DNA of 64,000 nt, from NCBI RefSeq assembly GCF_006345805.1, contig NC_042998.1, forward strand, positions 64,666,001 through 64,730,000, written 5' to 3'. This document shows positions 1-12,628 of this stretch, in pieces. Below the pieces are notes generated by a model. The model saw only the letters and a list, made by a program, of their open reading frames with translations, was not told the origin of the DNA and ran no database searches. Position 1 is the first letter of the stretch. The number at the start of each line of letters is the position of its first letter. This stretch comes from Octopus sinensis. Its lineage: Eukaryota. A program made the position numbers and the translations under genes.

Positions 1-468
1 TAAATGAATTAATGATTTCCCGCAGTGTAATCGTAATTGTTTTTAAAAATTCCATTCTCTGGAAGAGTCTCGTCGACGTAAGACAAAAAAATATATCGAA
101 TGAATTTAATGGATAAATGAATAAAGCTGTTCAATAAAAGAAAAAATGTTCTTATCACACTGACATAGTTTTGCGATGCCAAGACGTTTAATGAACCGTA
201 AAATAAGAATAATCAAGATTATTTAAGAAATCCTAAACGTTATTCATAAATTGTTGCTACTGGGTGCCTCATTTAATACATGTGGGTTGTTGAACACTTC
301 CAGCAATGTTTTAATTCTATGTTTCTCATATCAACAAATTTTATCTCAGCAACACAATTGCAGATCCGCCAACGCATCATTAAATCATGGAAAGAATTCA
401 ACAGTGCATATTTCACTTAAAAAAAAATGAAAATTACTATAATCCGATTTATTACTTTAAAGTTACAC

Positions 469-684
469 AAGGCGGCGAGCAGACAGAATCATTAGCACGC
501 CGGCCAAAATGCCTAGCGGTGTTTCCTCCGTATTTACGCGCTTATTTCAAATTCCGCCGAGGTCGTCTATACTTTTCATTTTTTCGGAGTCGAGAAAATA
601 CTAGTTTAGCGCTGGGGTCAATGTAATAGACTACCCCTTCCCAGTAAAATTGGAGACCTTGTGCTAAAACTTGAAATCATTATT
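469..684 (+). mobile_element. tRNA-derived SINE, family A (GGCGGCGAGCTGGCAGAATCGTTAGC head), diverged copy
   Basis: A-box-like head, degenerate B box (TTCAAATTCC) and central GAGGTCG...CTTTCAT...GTCGA..AAAT..GTA core; homologous to copies at 761, 40710, 56503 and 63500. Confidence 0.8.
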
Positions 685-760
685 TCAGAGACATATGAGT
701 ATTAGATGCTATTCAAAAGCATTAAATGCAGTAGGATGGATTTAATGTTTCCTCAAAACA

Positions 761-990
761 GGGCGGCGAGCTGACAGAATCGTTAGCACGCCGGGCGAAA
801 TACTTAGTTCTATTTCGTCTGTCGTTACGTTCTGAGTTCAAATTCTGCCGAGGTCGACTTTGCGTTTCAGCATTTTGAAGTCGATTAAATAAGTAACAGT
901 TACGCACTGGGGTCGATGTAATCGGCTTAACACCTTTGTCTGCTCTTGTTTGTCCCCTATATGTTTAGTCCCCTGTGGGCAATAAAAACA
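761..990 (+). mobile_element. tRNA-derived SINE family A, full length
   Basis: GGCGGCGAGCTGACAGAATCGTTAGCACGCCGGGCGAAAT...CTGAGTTCAAATTCTGCCGAGGTCGACTTTGC...GGGCAATAAAA; multi-copy in window. Confidence 0.85.
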
Positions 991-1107
991 TATTTTCTCA
1001 AAACCGAATGCCGAATGCAGTTGTTTCCGGAAATCTTGCTTGAAATTTTCATGCATTTAAAATTTGCTACTATTTTAGTATTTATGCTGCTTCAGTTATA
1101 TAACAGT

Positions 1108-1320
1108 GGAGGCGCCTGGTTTAGTGGTTACGGTGTGGGACAAGCTCGTAAGATTGTGATTTCGATTACTGGACCTGGTGATGCGTTGTGTTCTTGAGCA
1201 AAACACCTCATTTCCACAGCTACCAATAATGAGTAATCCTGCGACGGACCGGAGTCCCATGCAGGTGGGGAATATATACTCCATTGAAACTAGCCCTCAT
1301 TAACGTGTCATGACGCGAGA
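1108..1320 (+). mobile_element. tRNA-derived SINE family B
   Basis: GGAGGCGCCTGGTTTAGTGGTTA head followed by GCGTTGTGTTCTTGAGCAAAACAC core; inverted homologs near 27530-27843 and 37830-38125. Confidence 0.7.
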
Positions 1321-1650
1321 ACTAAATATTTATTGATTTATTTATACAACGGAGTATGTTGATTGATACACATATTGAACTCACGTCCAACAGATACCTG
1401 CTGTTGTCAAATTTCTCTTCAATATTGTCTTGGTAAAAAAATAAAACTTCTTTCTAATTCTAGCTCAAGGCCGGCATCTTTTAGATGAGCGACCAATTCA
1501 ATTACAACCGCCCCACTCCTTGGCTTGCAGTTTTCATTTAATGAAAGGCAATGCTGAACTCAGAGTATAAAGATCCGGAAGAAATCCCGCTAAGGGTTTT
1601 GCTTGATGCGCCAACGATTCTGCCAGCTCGACTCTTATTTCCAAAGTAAA

Positions 1651-2148
1651 TAGACCAACCCCTTGACTATCACAGATGTTACGTTCCAAAATCTCCCGCG
1701 ATAGGTGAAAATCCGCAAAGTAGTAACAATACTATACTCTATTTTTATCACTTTTATAATTTGTATAAATTTATTTTATTATAAATGCAAATTTTTATTA
1801 TAAACGCAAAACTCAACTCATGAATTTGGTTTTCCATAAAGTACGTGCGATTCTTTATTTATTCATCTACGATACACCACGTATTTTCTTTTAATATATT
1901 TTAATTAATGTGTAATACGTTGCAGTACTGTACTCTATCTTTATTTATTGATTTATCTATTTTTAGGCGCAAAAATGCTTGTTGTACAACAGAAATAAAA
2001 TCTTAAAAATTATAAATACCTATCGGCCGCAGAAACCCATGATATACAGAGGAGCCCGTGATTAAAATTTACATACATTAGCCAGAAAAAACCCCAAAAA
2101 TTGTCAGTACGCAATAGGTGAACAGCGATCTGACGAGGGATTACTGTA
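1651..2148. mobile_element. Tc1/mariner-pogo type MITE
   Basis: Right end CGAGGGATTACTG|TA; degenerate left end; subterminal CGC(G/A)ATAGGTGAA motif at both ends; non-coding AT-rich interior. Confidence 0.6.
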
Positions 2149-2404
2149 CTTCACATGAAAATATTTGATTACATGAAGCAAATACATATTTCCCATATTT
2201 TCCTCTTTTTCATTCTGTATATCTGATTTCTTTTACATTTTCTTCTTTCTCCACCGTGTTTTACTTCTACCGAGGTGTACCCGGATATTGACAACCGAGT
2301 CACATAACCTGCTCATAAAATTTGTAACCTTGTACCTACATTATCATCAATAATTCATAAATTTGGTACTCATAACGGAAACACTGTATCATTTGATGTT
2401 TAGG

Positions 2405-3700
2405 ATCTTTTTCTTTTGATAGCCAGATTTCAATACAATTTCTAGTTAACTAAACACTTTAAAACTTCGTATACTGGTAGAATGTGTCAAAAGAAAACAT
2501 TATTTTCACTTGGCTTATTTGATAAATTTGTAATTCGTTTGTTTAACGCAGTTTAATTTTTCGAATTTTAACCAATCCTATGCTCTCTTTTCAGCTGAAA
2601 TTATTTGCTGCGTTATCGATATTGATAAACAAACGAGGAGGGTTGTGTTGGCATGTGCAAGAAATAACAACCATATCTCTTAAATCTATGAATTTCGTCG
2701 CTCAATAAAAATATTATCGATATTTTAAAAATATTTTCTTTCTTTTTTTTTTACCAAAAAGGATTTTCACATGGTTTTGAAGGGCCAAAAAAAACAAAAA
2801 CAAAACAATAATATGCCTAAATCGGTCTAGAATGGGATATGAGGGTGCGTAGAGTGTGGGTCGTATTGTAAAAATTTGCGAAATATTTTTTCATAAAAGG
2901 ATGCCCCAGCTTGTCAGAGGCTGTGATATAAATTGGGAAAAAAATCCTCGACTCCAGTGCGTAATTGGTACTTAATTTATCGACCCCGAAACGATGAAAC
3001 ATTGATCCCCCATTTCTGGTTTATTTACCTTTTGTGTAAATTTGTTCCGGCAAGAGGCTTTATCGACACCAGTGCGTGCGTGCGTAACTGGTACTTAATT
3101 TATCCCTAACACTCACCCTAAGCCTAAACCTCACCCCTAACCCTATCTCGTGACAGCCTTCCGGCATCGGTCGCTAGCTTTGGTTAGGTTTAGCGTTAGG
3201 TTCAGGGTTAGGGGTCAGGTTAGGGTTAGGGTTAGGAGTTAGGGGTTAGATTTAGGGTTAGGGTTAGGGATAAATTAAGTACCAGTTACGTAGTGGGGCC
3301 GGTCTAAACAACGGCAGTAATTCGTTATCGATATTGATAAATAAACGTGAATTTACTAATAATCGTAAAGAAAAAAATTACTAATAATCGTAAACAAAAA
3401 ATCCCACCGTGGGGCCGGTAGGTTAGCCTGATATCGAACGCATGAACGCTACATTACGAACAAAATGGATGTTGTCTCAGTTTTTAGACGCAGCAAATGA
3501 TTTCAGCTCAAAAGAGAGCATAGGATTGGTTAAAATTCGAAAAATTAAACTACGTTAAACAAACGAATTACAAATTTATCAAAAAAGCAAACTGAAAATA
3601 ATGTTTTCTTTTGACACATTCTACCAGTATACGAAGTTTTAAAGTGCTTAGTTAACTATAAATTGTATTGAAATCTGGCTATCAAAAGGAAAAAATCCGA
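2405..3700. repeat. Inverted pair of about 210-bp MITE-like arms (2405-2612 / 3488-3700) enclosing SINE fragments and a telomeric-repeat cassette
   Basis: AAAACTTCGTATACTGGTAGAATGTGTCAAAAGAAAACAT (about 2461) is the reverse complement of ATGTTTTCTTTTGACACATTCTACCAGTATACGAAGTTTT (about 3601); third family copy near 13740. Confidence 0.8.
3083..3290. repeat. Interstitial telomeric-like cassette (CCCTAA)n-spacer-(TTAGGG)n inside a 28-bp perfect inverted repeat
   Basis: CGTAACTGGTACTTAATTTATCCCTAAC at 3083-3110 and its exact reverse complement at 3263-3290; degenerate CCCTAA at 3104-3144 and TTAGGG at 3182-3269. Confidence 0.85.
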
Positions 3701-5993
3701 TTTTTACCGTTTAGTCATCTACATCATTAAGCTGGGTGATAATCGTATCACACGATTGATACCTCATAATTACTTGACTTTTCTTCCTATAAATGAATCG
3801 GAAGTACATAGAGGAATTCGAACTCAAATCCTACATGGCTTGAAATAATAGTTAAATGTATTTTGCAAGTTACTGTGATTAACAATCTGCTAATGCATCA
3901 TTTCCAATATTGAAAAATCAATATTATAATGTGATCTGGAATATCTTAATTGGAGAAAGAAATTCTATGAGGAGTTGATCAAATTCAACGATACTTTACC
4001 AACACTTTTGAAAATGAGATTAGTTTTAAAATGCCCGACAACCGGAATAAAACTTTAGTTGTATTTAGAATTGTTCTTTGTATCTCATTTAAAATGATAC
4101 TGAAGTCAACTCTTCTTTTCATCTTTCAAAAATAAGTAAATTAAAATATACTTATCATGCGATGAGATCTCTTCAATCAACTTCAAATGGGTAGCCTAGA
4201 GATATGGGTAGGAGAATCCACAAAATAATTTTTTTAAAATATACCACATACGAGTTATATGCATACATACATATATATGCATAAACACAGTCATATACAT
4301 ACATATATATAAATGTGTGTATATATAAATTCACGTTTATATATACGTACACGGACCAAATCATCGCATGCAATACTTGCAATGTTATATTCAACTTGAC
4401 GATCGTCATTGTCATAGAGATGTGAATATACTACTAAAATTATCCTTGATATCCATGTCCATATATATATATATATATATATGTGTGTATGTATATACAC
4501 ACACACAAAATATGCATCAGTCAGTAAGAAATGCTTGTTTAAAAGAAGATATGCTAGAAGTCGTTATATTGGATTCACAGTACAAGGAAACATTTAACAT
4601 GTGAAGCTGTGCAGAGGTACTCAGACCTCGTTGAATTACACATCCTCAGCTTACAAAATACGAATCACATGAAAGTATCTCTTGCTTGCTTACATACGTT
4701 TGTACATACATACTTACATACATTTTATACATATATATATATATATATACATATACACAAAAATATATAGACAGATATGTACGCATGTATATAATGAATA
4801 CATTGCCATTTCTTTCTGTTAATGTAAACATATACTTATCCACTTGCCCATAATTCAAATATGTATTTAGAAACAAATGTCAAAACTCGCATGAAAGACA
4901 GTGTTCACAGCACAAAACCGTCACAAAATATTTGAGTTTAAATTCTCATCATGCCATTCAAATCAAAATGAAATGCAAGTTGGAAACGCGCAGAAATGCC
5001 CAACAGATCCTATTTGCGCAAGGCGCCCACTGTCTCAGAGGTCGGGTATTTAAGGAAATCTAGTTTAAACAGCATTTTTTTTTTGGTTTCACCTTTAACT
5101 TGTTTGCAGACGGAAAAAAATGACATGCAGAAAAATGAAATATGGATCTCTACCCCCCGCCTTTTTTTTAAAAAAATCTCTCTAAGGAATTCAAATCCCG
5201 GACGAGCAACCAATTTTGTTACGGTTAAAACAAGGAAAACAGCAAATATAACAAGTCCTTAATAATTCAATTATGTATTGAGAAAGAAATGCCAAAACTC
5301 ACTTGAAAGACAGCGGGAAGCTGTTATAATATATCAGTATTCACAGCACAGATCCGTCACAAAATATTACAATTCAAAGCAGTCCTTGTTGATTGAAAAT
5401 CCAGTGTTGGAGATATGAGGTCATCACAAAATATTAAAGTTCAAATTCTCAATATGCCGGTCAAAACAAAAGGGAGGTCACAATTTTTATCTTCCTCTGT
5501 TTTTATTTACTGTTTTGGTCAATTGCAGCAATAAGTCAAAGTGAGAGGGTAACAGCAAATAGAAGAGGGAGAGAGAATGATGTTATCGTTTTGCCTGTCA
5601 TTTTAGCAACAGCAGAGAGAGAGAGAGAGAGATAGACAGACAGACAGGCATAATGTCACTTATCAGAGAACAGGGGACCGAGTGAAAGTCTCTGATCGTG
5701 GTCTTTTCATTTTGCCAACTAACTTGTTCGTGCGGTATTTACTATTTATAGAAAAGAGACGTACATCCAAGAGCAATGGGGAAAAACTACTGTACGTGAT
5801 TCTCATCTATTTTCAGCTTCTGGTGGGAAAGAAGGGTCAAAAAGAGTTAATTTGAAAAGATATACATCGCCTTGGCAAGGCCATGCGTTTAATGTCCCTG
5901 GTGTCAAACATAGTCTCTTCGTGAGAGAGTACCGTTGTAATTTAAAGGGGAATTCCATAGATTCAAGTTCGAATCTACATACCCAAAAGAAAT

Positions 5994-6250
5994 TGGTACT
6001 AATAGCGTAGACTGGACCCGGTTTGCGCAGACGCGCGTCCGCGATAGCCAGACGTAGGCAGTCGATCCTACGAGCTGACTGGCGCATGCACGATATATAC
6101 TTGTATCATATATGCGATATATACTTGTATACGATATATACAAGTATATATCGTGGATGCGCCAGTCAGCTCGTAGGATCGACTGCCTACGTCTGGCTAG
6201 CGCGGACACGCGTCTGCACAAACCGGGTCCAGTCTAAGATGCTAGTACCA
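5994..6250. mobile_element. Fold-back MITE with about 100-bp GC-rich arms and target-site duplication
   Basis: Arms TAGACTGGACCCGGTTTG...ATATACTTGTAT and reverse complement; termini TGGTACT/AGTACCA flanked by AGAAAT direct repeats (5988-5993, 6251-6256). Confidence 0.85.
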
Positions 6251-7734
6251 AGAAATCCACTATAGATTTCTTCCCAAGGAAAACACTCGTAACAATATAT
6301 ATATAGTCTGTGTGTGTGTGTTTAATGGCCATTTTACTGCATTCAAAATATTTTTACTTCTGTAATGGGATTTCAATTCAACTGAAAACAAAAACTCTTG
6401 TGCAATATTATTTACAACTTCATATTTTTGGTTGTACTTGATACAACTAAGTAAAATTGTATATTTCAAAAAACATAATTTAAAAACTCTGTTTAAATTT
6501 ATTTTTCAATATGTTTATACCATGTTTTTTTAGATTTTCATAATAAGATAAATTCTCAAACTTAACTAATATAATGTATTTTAATTTCAGAAATGGCATT
6601 CCCGGCTGCAATATTTTATGTACAGTCGAATTTAAGTTTTAAGTACATTTTAGTTTCCTTTAGAGGTGACGAATTAGACAAATTCTACTATAGAATTCGT
6701 GTCCTGTACTTTTCCAGGTGTAATAAATTACGAATATTAGCATGCAAACGCTCACATTTTTCATTGTAATCCACTATTTTCCAGGCAATGCAATAAAACT
6801 AATATTATCTTGTTAAAAGATATTTGAATTATTTTTTGTTTTGATGATTGAATTAAAATAAGTATTTTATGTTGTGTTTTTTAAGTTTCACGTATTTAAT
6901 TTTTTCTCACATTTAAAAAAGGAGTGAGTGTCTTTTTGCCTCTTTTCTGCGACAAAGGTAACTGCTATTGATGCGTATTTGTCCCCCTGGTATAAAACGT
7001 TATGCTTTCCTTTAAATTTTCTAGACATTCGTCCACCTCCTCCTGCATTGCATTCTCGAGTTTCTTAGTTTTTTCGAAAAAGTTATATAAATTATCACTC
7101 TACTCTCCATCTTCACCTTGTCTTCCTGTGGTGGGGTTAACTTTGTGTTCGACCCCTCCCTCTTTACGTTGTATTGATATTTGAGAAGCACGTCTAACTT
7201 ACAATGTAGTTCATTGTTTCGGCATACCTGGGATGACAGAGCCCTGACTTCAAGCTGCTGCCGCATCTCTCTTCATGTCGCTCATCCGTCACGGGCCACT
7301 AAATAAAGATGGCGCCAGATTAACAAAAACTGCTGCAAAGTAGCACAACATACTCCGCAACACAAAACAATCCTCACAAAACAAACCAGCGAAAATGATT
7401 AAACTTTGAACCTCAGTAACATTTCTCTGCAATAAGTATTACGTGCGTGAGTGTTCATTTACGATGGAGAGCAGAGGAGTCGACTTGTCATCTACTGTTG
7501 TCAACTTACCCCCACTCTCCTTAAAACTACGTATTCGCCACACTCACCTTTGTTGCACTTCATGGGTGTTTTAAAAGTTAATTATGTGTATGTGTGCATT
7601 GTTTGTGTGTGTTTAAGAAAGTATGTATGCAGCATTACGAGTATATCTCTGAAGTTCATTTCAGGTGATGTATTCTCCTTTTTAACCTCACATATTTGAA
7701 ATCTCAACCTTTTCTGCTATTAAACAAATATTAA

Positions 7735-9315
7735 ATTTCAAATTTCGTAGTTCAAAAGGTAGCTTAGGTGGGGGGAACCAATCTAAAATTAATAGACATA
7801 ATCAAAGTTATTAAAATCTAAAGTAGTTACAAGGCGTAGAAATAATCGCGAGTGAGTAAATGTTGACCTTAATAATATTATTCACACACTGCCGTGTGTG
7901 AATGCTATTTATTGCAATATATTCTATGAATATGAGGTAGATCTTTGCAAGATAAATAAATACTGAATTGAATCAAACAATTTGCAATATTGGCTTCCAA
8001 TTTCAGCAGAAAGCCATCAAATCCGGAGTGGAGGTAAGTAAATTACATGAACCTCAGTGCTCAGCTGATATTAATTTTCTGGAGTACCGAAAAGATAAAA
8101 GACAAAAACGACCTTGGTGGAATTTGAACTCAGAATGTATGGACACACAACATGCCGCGAAGTTTTCATTTTTTAGGTTGGGAGTTTGCTTTTAGACATT
8201 GCCACTGTTTTCGGCACATTTGGACCCAGTAGTTTTTTTCTCTTTATATAATTAGCATCATGGAATTCTGTCGTGGAGATCTTACAGAAAAGTTAAATTT
8301 AAATATAGTTTGTTTTTGACATAAAAATATTTTTTTCTTTTTTTCGCCGGTTTTTATCTCAGAAGTTCTTTGCTACTGAATATTTTTGCATATAAGTAAC
8401 ACAGGAAGATTTCTGTCGTCGAGGTCTATTATATGAGATAAAATAAAATAAACATTTCTTTACAAAAAATATTTGGACTCCAGGCGTTATTCTACCGTCT
8501 GTGACCGCATATATTTGACACAATTGTTTTTCTACAGAACCAATTTTCAACATTGTTAGCTCGAAATGTAGCTTATGATGTGATCAATTTAATAATGTAA
8601 ACACTATCTAATGTGTTTAAAAAGCGAGTTAGAGATAAAGCGCAGAAGTGGTCGTGAATGAGTAAATGTTGGCCTTAAAAATATCATTCCCACACAGTTG
8701 TGTGGGAATGATATTTCTTAAAAAGAATAGATTAACACCATCACACTCGTCTATCATATGAGATGCAATAAAAGGTTTTATGTTTTGAATTTGATTTTAG
8801 ACGTTCCCACTGTTTTCGGCACGCTTGGACCCACTAGTTTTTTTTTTTTTTTTAAATTGTCTTAAATATAATTGGCATAATCGGATTTCTCTAGTAGAAA
8901 TCTATTACAAAAGTTGAATTTAATTATAGTTTTCTTTTCAAATAAGAATGATATTTGGAATTAAAATCGATATCAAGCGTTAATCCCCTTTTCACCGGTA
9001 CCATTTTGTACAGAATATTTTTTCATGTAAGGAACATAGATGAACTCTTCTCACCGCTATCTATCATATAAGCTGGAATAAAATATAGATTTCTTAAAAA
9101 GAAAAACGTTTGGACTCAAAGCCGATTTCAGGAGTTACTCTTACGTTCCTCTCATCACATATTTTACTGAAACGTTTATTCTACGGAAGCGATTTTCAAA
9201 TTTCGTAGCGGAAAATGTAGCTTAGGATGTAACCAACCAAAAACTGCAAACATCATCTAATTCGGTTAACAACGGAGTTAGTGACGAAGCGTAGAATTGG
9301 TCATTTGTGAATGAT
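7735..9315 (+). repeat. Diverged tandem repeat (about 2.3 units of about 650 bp) with a hairpin near the unit end
   Basis: TTTTAGAC.TT.CCACTGTTTTCGGCAC..TTGGACCCA at about 8190 and 8795; TTTCAA(A/C)ATT..TAG...TAGCTTA block at about 7735, 8545 and 9195; SINE fragment in first unit. Confidence 0.7.
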
Positions 9316-11339
9316 ATAAATATGTGTATTTACATACACACATACACACACACATTCCACTCTAAATACTCGCGTTTCTAAATTTATTTGTGTGATTACA
9401 ATTATTGTGTCTTAGGCAGCCACGAGTTTGCAATGTAAAAAGAAGACATTAACACCAGACTATTATTAAATGCTGAAATATAGATAAACAGCCTACTGAT
9501 AAACATACGTGAAATTTACATGTGGTAACTTTTACATTGGTATGACAAAGAACGTTCTCAATGTAGGAAGGAAATCCTCGGTGAATGGAAGGCAAGGTAA
9601 TTTATCTTTATAAAGCAAAAGACATATAGCTCTTAATCCAATCCGATTCTCTGCTGAAGATATTGAACCCGAAACACGTTCGTTTATGCTTTGCACTCTA
9701 CCGCAACCCCTTTTATAAATATTTCCATCGTTAGTATCGGCTATGTTGTGTTTAGTGATTATCATAAGTAAACCATAATGAACCATGGAATATGATAAAA
9801 CATACGATCAATTTTGTATCTCAGTTCATTCAGACATCCATAAAGATCACCCCTTGCATGATAATATTGTACTAGTTATCTCTTTCTTTCCGTGGCAGTA
9901 TTTTGAGCAAACGAAAATGTTATTTATCATAAATTATTCAGACACACCAAGGAAACATTTAATCAAAGTTAGTAAATACTATAATCGTTAATGAAGGATA
10001 TGATTATTTTATTAATTTACTACGTTTCCGTGCAAACGAATAATTAATCTAATACCATATAAAATAGCATTCAATATTAAGAACTTGTTTCATCTTCTAA
10101 AAATATTGTTTATTTCATGGGGAAAAAATTGCTCTGCTGCACAGTGTAAAGCCGTGGATGATATGCAATAACCAAAGATTATTTTAAACAATAATTCAAA
10201 ACAATTTAATAACCTCGTTTTGTAAGATATATTTGAAACTAATTATTCTCTTAATATCAAAGATTATGAACGCATTCAAGAGGTTTACACGATTCAGTTT
10301 GCGATAAACAACGTATAAAAAATTATCAGTTAAACAACTTCAATGACTTGTATTTTGTTAATATTACAATATCTACATGTTTGTATTGAAAGTGGACTCT
10401 CTTCACGTAATAAATATCCTTTTTACTAAAGAAATATTAAAATTTAACCTAGTGAAATACATTAGAATAAACGGAAAATAAAATAACATTAAACACTTTG
10501 TTATTGTATTTATTAATGAATTTTTTTCTCTGATCAAAAGCCAAAACGCACAGAATTATCTTTCTGGAATTGATAAGAAATTGCCATTTCTTATCCGGTT
10601 ATTGAATCTTATTGATCTTTGAATAGCGGATATTACTGCGTCACTAAAACTGTGAGCAATCGGCTTTGATCTTTGCTGTCACAGAAATATTATGATATGC
10701 TGCTAAATCCTCCAAGTGTGAATACACCATTAGCTTACTGAAATCCGTTGTTAAAGAATTTAGAACAAGTAAGTTAGTTTTGTCTTCAGAAATTCCACAT
10801 TTACCTTCTTATAACAGCTACACTCTTTCCTGAAACTGTGCAACCAAATGTGAAATTTCAAAGTACATTAAACAAGATCACATTTTCTGTAAAATTTATG
10901 AATTTAATAGGAACTCGTCTAACGTAAGCATAAAAATACATGCACATTTCACTCATTAAAATTAATCTACAAACTACTTCTGCAACGAAGAAGTATTTTA
11001 TATAGTATTTCAGGATGTGATTTACATTCTAAAGTATCTAAATATGTTCTCTACATATATATAGTAATCCATAGATTCTTAAAGTAATTTACGTTTCATT
11101 TACACAGTTGTATGACACAAAGGGACATCTTTACTCTTCTTTGTACAATTAAAACGTGCTTCAATAAAATTATGACAATAACTGAACATTTAAGTAAAGA
11201 AAATATGCCAAACTATCATTTCACACTTGTCGTAAGCCACTTTGACTATTGCTCTCAGCTATGGTGACCAACCAGTGACAAATTAATCTCAGAACATGAG
11301 ACAATCCAACGAAGCTACACGAAGATGATAGCCCCTATG

Positions 11340-11850
11340 CAGCGTATAAGCTATTGGGAGAGACTCGAGAGATTAACACACTATTCCTTAGAGCATAGGC
11401 GAGAAGGATATGCTATAATATACATCTAGAAGACCCAGGAAGGACTTGTCCCAAATTTTGGCATCGAGAGTTACCCAAATACTAGAACTGGGCGCAAATG
11501 CATAGTGCCAAGGACTCCAAATTTGCCATCAAGATGTAGGACAAGATACTGCAATAACTGGGCTTCAGAGGTCCACAGCTCTTTAATATACTCCCGAAGG
11601 ACCTGGGAGACCTGCATTGAGTGGATAAAGGTGTCTTCAAAATAAAGCTGAACCTCCTCTTGCCAGGTGTCCCAGATGAACCAACTTCGCGGAGGGAGGG
11701 GCAAACGAGGGCAGCCGCATCAAACTCTCTCATGCACCATATGTCAATTGCTAAAAAGCATTCGTGAAGTAAAACCATGTAGCAACACCAGATGGCGGTG
11801 CCCCAGTATGGCCACAGCTCGTGAGTTGAAACTAGGTGAAGAAAAACATT
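11340..11850 (+). pseudogene. Decayed 3' end of a CR1/L2-group LINE ORF2
   Basis: Frameshifted translation YWERLERL..YSLEHRREGYAIIYI...GLVPNFGIESY...GFRGPQLFNILPKDL...VPDEPT, homologous to the C-terminus of the 32579 ORF (YWDRLKALKLYSLQRRRERY...GPALFNIVP). Confidence 0.8.
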
Positions 11851-11925
11851 ATAACAATCTTGAAAGTAAAACAAATATGTGAGAGAAATTTTGACGAAAT
11901 GAAGTTTGTGTAGCAGCTGAGTAAA

Positions 11926-12628
11926 TCTATAATAATAATAAATGGCAGTTTGTGTGTTTGTGAATTTGTTATTTTAATTCCTCCGAAACTATCCAAAACA
12001 GATCTTGATGAAACTTGACATATGTGTGTGTGGGAGGGGGCGTTATGCCCATGCGGTCACTTACGCACTTGGAATATTTAAATGATCGATTTTTTAATTA
12101 ACATCGATTTTTCAAAATTCGTAAAATTTCGGCATTTTTCGCACCAACCTTCTTCACATCATTTTGACAAAAAAAAAATGCCTCAATTTGACGCAAAATA
12201 TTTCATAGGTATAAACAGACAGCTTATTAACGGTAATCTATGTAGCATTTGCTAATTCTACATTTCAATGCGAATCGTTTTGATTTGCCAAAACTTATTA
12301 TTTCAATTTGTTGTTCTAATTCCACAGCGTTTCAGGTTTTGATTAGGTAAGACCATTTTATTTCTTAAACAAAATTCAGGAATTTTGTACTCTAGTCATC
12401 GTGACATCAACTTGACGAAATCTGCCCTAAAACATAAAATTACGCCTATACACAAATATGACGACGACACGGGTTCAGTACTAGACTGTTCAATTTTTCG
12501 TCGAATTGGTCCTACCCATTAATATTGATTTTAATTTTTTGAAAAATGCTGAAATTTGACGAAAAATATTTCATGGCTATCAAAAGACATCTTATTAACC
12601 GTAATTTATTACCGGGTACCTTAGCTAG
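11926..12628 (+). mobile_element. Non-autonomous Helitron-like element
   Basis: A|TCTATAATAATAATAAA 5' end and CGGGTACCTTAGCTAG|T 3' end (TC...CTAG inserted between A and T); internal 55-bp duplication (about 12186 and 12552). Confidence 0.6.

Noticed and set aside
6560-6725. Branch point + acceptor (TTTAATTTCAG) followed by ATGGCATTCCCG
   Set aside because: Short frame with no recognisable product and no convincing downstream exon
7021-7330. AAGATGGCGCC (YY1-like) motif and coiled-coil-like minus-strand peptide (KLENAMQEEVDECLENLK), possibly a LINE ORF1 or promoter
   Set aside because: Fragmentary; no linked ORF2 or other corroborating signal
9530-10960. Protein-like patches on the minus strand (ORF 9532..9786; KCGISEDKTNLLVLNSL...YHNISVTAKI) suggesting a decayed LRR/TLR-type gene
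   Set aside because: Many stops and frameshifts and no diagnostic motif that I can verify; a TBLASTX or HMM search would be needed
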